DNA of 64,000 nucleotides from Coxiellaceae bacterium (GTDB lineage Bacteria; Pseudomonadota; Gammaproteobacteria; JAJRRL01): NCBI GenBank assembly GCA_047404195.1, contig JBDOIU010000005.1, positions 75,643 to 139,642 of the forward strand, read 5' to 3'. Shown piece by piece: positions 60,879 to 64,000 of this stretch (position 1 is its first letter; each line of letters starts with the position of its first letter). The notes under the pieces were generated by a model. It saw only the letters and a program-made list of their open reading frames with translations, ran no database searches and was not told where the DNA came from. The position numbers and the translations under genes were made by a program.

Positions 60879-63800
60879 TTAGTAGCATACACAAACATTG
60901 TCTTCACCAAACAGCTTCATCATTGCCGCGCGTGCTGCCTCTGTCGCTTGTATGGAAAATTGCTTGCCCAACATGAGCCGAGTAACCTTCCCGGATTCTG
61001 TATACTGTACCTGCACACGGCAACGACCACCGGCATGTGCTTGTACCAGTGTCGGTATACCCTCAAACAGTGCATTCAGAGCATCATTGCCATTGACCTT
61101 GACCAGAAAAGATTTGGCTTTTTGTGAACGCAAATCAGGTAACAGCATGATCTTCTCGGCCAGCAAACGAACACCTTGAGTGAACTTATCATGACTCGTC
61201 TTAGCTCGCACCACATAAACAGCATCTTTCTCTAGCGTTGGGTGCGTGTCTTGCCACAGCTGTGAAAACAAAGTGACTTCCATTGGTCCAAACTCATCCT
61301 CGAGCGTCAATACCCCCATACGCTTGCCCTGCTTCGTCACAATATGTCGAATGGAAATTAACACACCCGCAACCACACAAGAGCGGTCAACTTGCAACTC
61401 ATTGGATGGAACAGCAGCCAGCTGTTTTAACTCAGTAGAAAATGGTGTGATTGGGTGACCCGATAGAAAGTGCCCCAAGGCAGTTTTCTCATGCCGTAAC
61501 CGTGTTAAACAGTCCCACTCTGCCACGTCAGGTAACTGCATCTCGTCCCCAGGCTGATCATCAGCAAATAAATCTACCTGCCCGCTCAACAGGTCTTGCT
61601 GCTTTTGCTGTGCAGCTTTGTGCATAGCTGGCAATCCATCCAGCATCGCTGCTCGTGTGGCAGTCAATTCATCTAAAGCACCAGAAAAGATCAATGGCTC
61701 TAACGCACGCTTATTACATTTATGCAAATCAATACGCGATAAGAAATCAAAAAAGCTGTGAAAAGCACCATCCTGCGATCGCACATCCTCGATGTGCAAT
61801 ACCACTGACTCACCCACACCTTTAATCGCTCCCAAACCATAACGAATATGGCCGTCATCATTCACTTTGAAATGATGCACAGAATGGTTGATGGATGGTG
61901 GCAGCATGGTCAGCCCCATACTCAAGCACTCTCGGTAAAATAGCATCACTTTATCAGTATTATCCATATCTGAAGACAACACGGCAGCCATGAATTCTGC
62001 TGGATAATTAGCCTTCAGCCACGCAGTTTGGTAAGCAATCAACGCATAAGCAGCTGAGTGTGATTTATTAAAGCCATAGCCAGCAAACTTTTCCATGATA
62101 TCAAAGATCTCTTTTGCTACCGACTCATCAATACCCTGCTCTATGGCACCCTTCATAAAAATGCCACGTTGCTTTGCCATTTCCTCGGGTTTTTTCTTAC
62201 CCATAGCACGCCGCAGCAAGTCGGCAGCACCAAGACTGTAGCCAGCAAGCTGCTGTGCTATCTGCATGACTTGCTCTTGATACAGAATGACACCATAGGT
62301 TGGCTTTAGAATTGGCTCTAACGCTGGATGCTGATAGACAATATCAGATCGACCATGCTTTCGATCAATATAATCATCCACCATACCAGATTGCAGCGGA
62401 CCAGGACGAAATAATGCAACCAATGCAACCAAATCATCAAATGCATCTGGGACCAATCGACCAATCAAGTCTTTCATGCCGCGAGACTCTAACTGAAAGA
62501 CAGCCGTTGTTTCGCATGCTTGTAGTAATTTAAATGTATCTTGATGGTCACGCGCTACTAAATTGATGTCTATGTCAATATTGTGTCGCAGTTTGATATT
62601 GCTCAGCGCCTCTGAAATAACAGTGAGTGTGCGTAAACCCAAAAAGTCGAATTTAACCAGCCCAACTGTCTCAACGTCATCTTTATCGTATTGCGTCACC
62701 CATTGTGATGAACCCGGTTCACAGTAGAGGGGCAAAAAGTCTGTTAACCGTGTCGGCGCAATCACCACACCACCAGCATGTTTACCGGCATTGCGTACCA
62801 CGCCCTCTAACTTTTTAGCCAAATCAATGAGCGCCCTCACCTCAGGTTCTTCCTGATAGCGTGTCAGTAGTGCGGGCTCATCAGCTAAAGCTTTGTCAAG
62901 GGTAATACCCAGCTCAAATGGAATCAGCTTAGCTAGCGCATCAACAAAACCATAGGGCAAGCTCATCACCCGGCCCACATCTCGAATCACCGCTTTTGCT
63001 GCCATGGTACCATAAGTAATGATCTGAGAGACCGCCTCATGCCCATAGCGCTGTGTCACGTAATCAATCACACGATCACGATGCGTCATACAAAAGTCCA
63101 CATCAAAGTCGGGCATGGAAACACGTTCTGGATTCAAGAAACGCTCAAATAGCAAGTCAAATTCGAGTGGGTCAAGCTCGGTGATCCCTAAAACGTAAGC
63201 AACCAGGGAACCAGCACCCGAACCACGACCGGGGCCAACCATGATGTCATTGTCTTTTGCCCACTGAATAAAGTCTGCCACAATGACGAAATAAGCGGCA
63301 AAGCCCATGCGGTTAATCACGCCCAATTCAATCTCGAGCCGCCGCTCATAATCTGGTGCATGTATTTTTGCACCACTGGCCTGTAACTTTTCCAGCCTAA
63401 CTTTTAGGCCTGCTTGACTACTGGCTATCAGAAGATCTTCAATGGTGCTGCCTTCGGGTGGCTCGAATGTTGGAAAAAACGTTTCACCAAATGTCAGCAT
63501 TAAATTGCAGCGCTTAGCGATTTCAACTGTATTTGCTAGACAGGCAGGATACTCCTTGAAAAGTATTTGCATTTGTTCAGCAGTTCGCAGGTATTGCTGT
63601 GCCGTCACTGACTTGGGCCGTCGACTGTCTTCAAGCACATAGCCCTGATTAATACAAATACGTGCCTCGTGAGCCTGAAAGTCAGAACGCTCGATGAATC
63701 GGACATCATTTGTTGCAACTAATGGCACATTATATTTAGCTGAAAACAGAGCCAGCTGGTTGAGAATATCCTTCTCATTTTCATGACCAAGCTTTTGGCA

Positions 63801-64000
63801 AGTGATATAGAGACGATCACCGAATAATGTTTTCCAAGCAGATAGCTGTTGGCCAATGATCTCATCATTGTTTTTGAGTATTGCTGACATGAGACGTGTT
63901 TTGCCGCTCAATAAAACCAGCAAACCTGCATGATGTGTCTGTAGGTCCTGCCAGGAAACAATTGGCTCACCTGACTGACATTGTGTATAGGCGTTCGACA
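60879..64000 (-). CDS. dnaE: DNA polymerase III alpha subunit (5' end outside the window)
   Basis: Motifs VATNDVRF, VGPGRGSGAGSLVAY, FERFLNPERVSMPDFDVDF, KFDFLGLRTLT and FAGYGFNKSHS. The frame remains open to the window edge. Confidence 0.98.
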   Translation of the reverse strand, partial: SNAYTQCQSGEPIVSWQDLQTHHAGLLVLLSGKTRLMSAILKNNDEIIGQQLSAWKTLFGDRLYITCQKLGHENEKDILNQLALFSAKYNVPLVATNDVRFIERSDFQAHEARICINQGYVLEDSRRPKSVTAQQYLRTAEQMQILFKEYPACLANTVEIAKRCNLMLTFGETFFPTFEPPEGSTIEDLLIASSQAGLKVRLEKLQASGAKIHAPDYERRLEIELGVINRMGFAAYFVIVADFIQWAKDNDIMVGPGRGSGAGSLVAYVLGITELDPLEFDLLFERFLNPERVSMPDFDVDFCMTHRDRVIDYVTQRYGHEAVSQIITYGTMAAKAVIRDVGRVMSLPYGFVDALAKLIPFELGITLDKALADEPALLTRYQEEPEVRALIDLAKKLEGVVRNAGKHAGGVVIAPTRLTDFLPLYCEPGSSQWVTQYDKDDVETVGLVKFDFLGLRTLTVISEALSNIKLRHNIDIDINLVARDHQDTFKLLQACETTAVFQLESRGMKDLIGRLVPDAFDDLVALVALFRPGPLQSGMVDDYIDRKHGRSDIVYQHPALEPILKPTYGVILYQEQVMQIAQQLAGYSLGAADLLRRAMGKKKPEEMAKQRGIFMKGAIEQGIDESVAKEIFDIMEKFAGYGFNKSHSAAYALIAYQTAWLKANYPAEFMAAVLSSDMDNTDKVMLFYRECLSMGLTMLPPSINHSVHHFKVNDDGHIRYGLGAIKGVGESVVLHIEDVRSQDGAFHSFFDFLSRIDLHKCNKRALEPLIFSGALDELTATRAAMLDGLPAMHKAAQQKQQDLLSGQVDLFADDQPGDEMQLPDVAEWDCLTRLRHEKTALGHFLSGHPITPFSTELKQLAAVPSNELQVDRSCVVAGVLISIRHIVTKQGKRMGVLTLEDEFGPMEVTLFSQLWQDTHPTLEKDAVYVVRAKTSHDKFTQGVRLLAEKIMLLPDLRSQKAKSFLVKVNGNDALNALFEGIPTLVQAHAGGRCRVQVQYTESGKVTRLMLGKQFSIQATEAARAAMMKLFGEDNVCVCY

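Noticed and set aside
60691-60976. ORFs of 67 and 87 aa
   Set aside because: They overlap tRNA-Leu(CAA) and, for the longer one, the dnaE 3' end; they are shadow ORFs.

Overview
Chromosomal window from a gammaproteobacterium, probably with a Legionellales/Coxiella-like host-associated lifestyle (inferred from gene content, not from a search). The backbone is housekeeping: folE, prpC-like synthase, bolA, yciB, yciO, miaA-mutL, mscS, hpt, mutS, pncC-recA-recX-alaS-lysC-csrA-tRNA-Ser-tRNA-Arg, rhlE, mdh, cysQ, hemF, proS, an MFS transporter, tRNA-Leu and a partial dnaE. Accessory DNA is interspersed. The most striking item is a compact four-gene operon at 31703-34721, just downstream of tRNA-Arg. 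It encodes a 142-aa protein with three copies of the motif RVGDDRHGC at an exact 40-aa period (invariant in protein, synonymously diverged in DNA), a JmjC/cupin 2OG-Fe(II) oxygenase and two paralogous Pol-beta-type nucleotidyltransferases. This has the architecture of a multi-core RiPP-like peptide-modification system that I do not recognise as described. Other highlights are (i) a tandem family of three large membrane-anchored effector-like proteins (46601-58471), two carrying a MavL/Larg1/DUF4804-type macrodomain motif and one carrying IQ and 14-3-3-type motifs, linked by a ~4.2-kb segmental duplication; (ii) a 985-codon ankyrin gene and a 386-codon membrane-protein gene, each broken only by in-frame stops; (iii) 178-bp tRNA-linked (RtT-like) tandem repeats; and (iv) a cluster of small secreted proteins. 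All family assignments come from motif recognition only; no database search was run.
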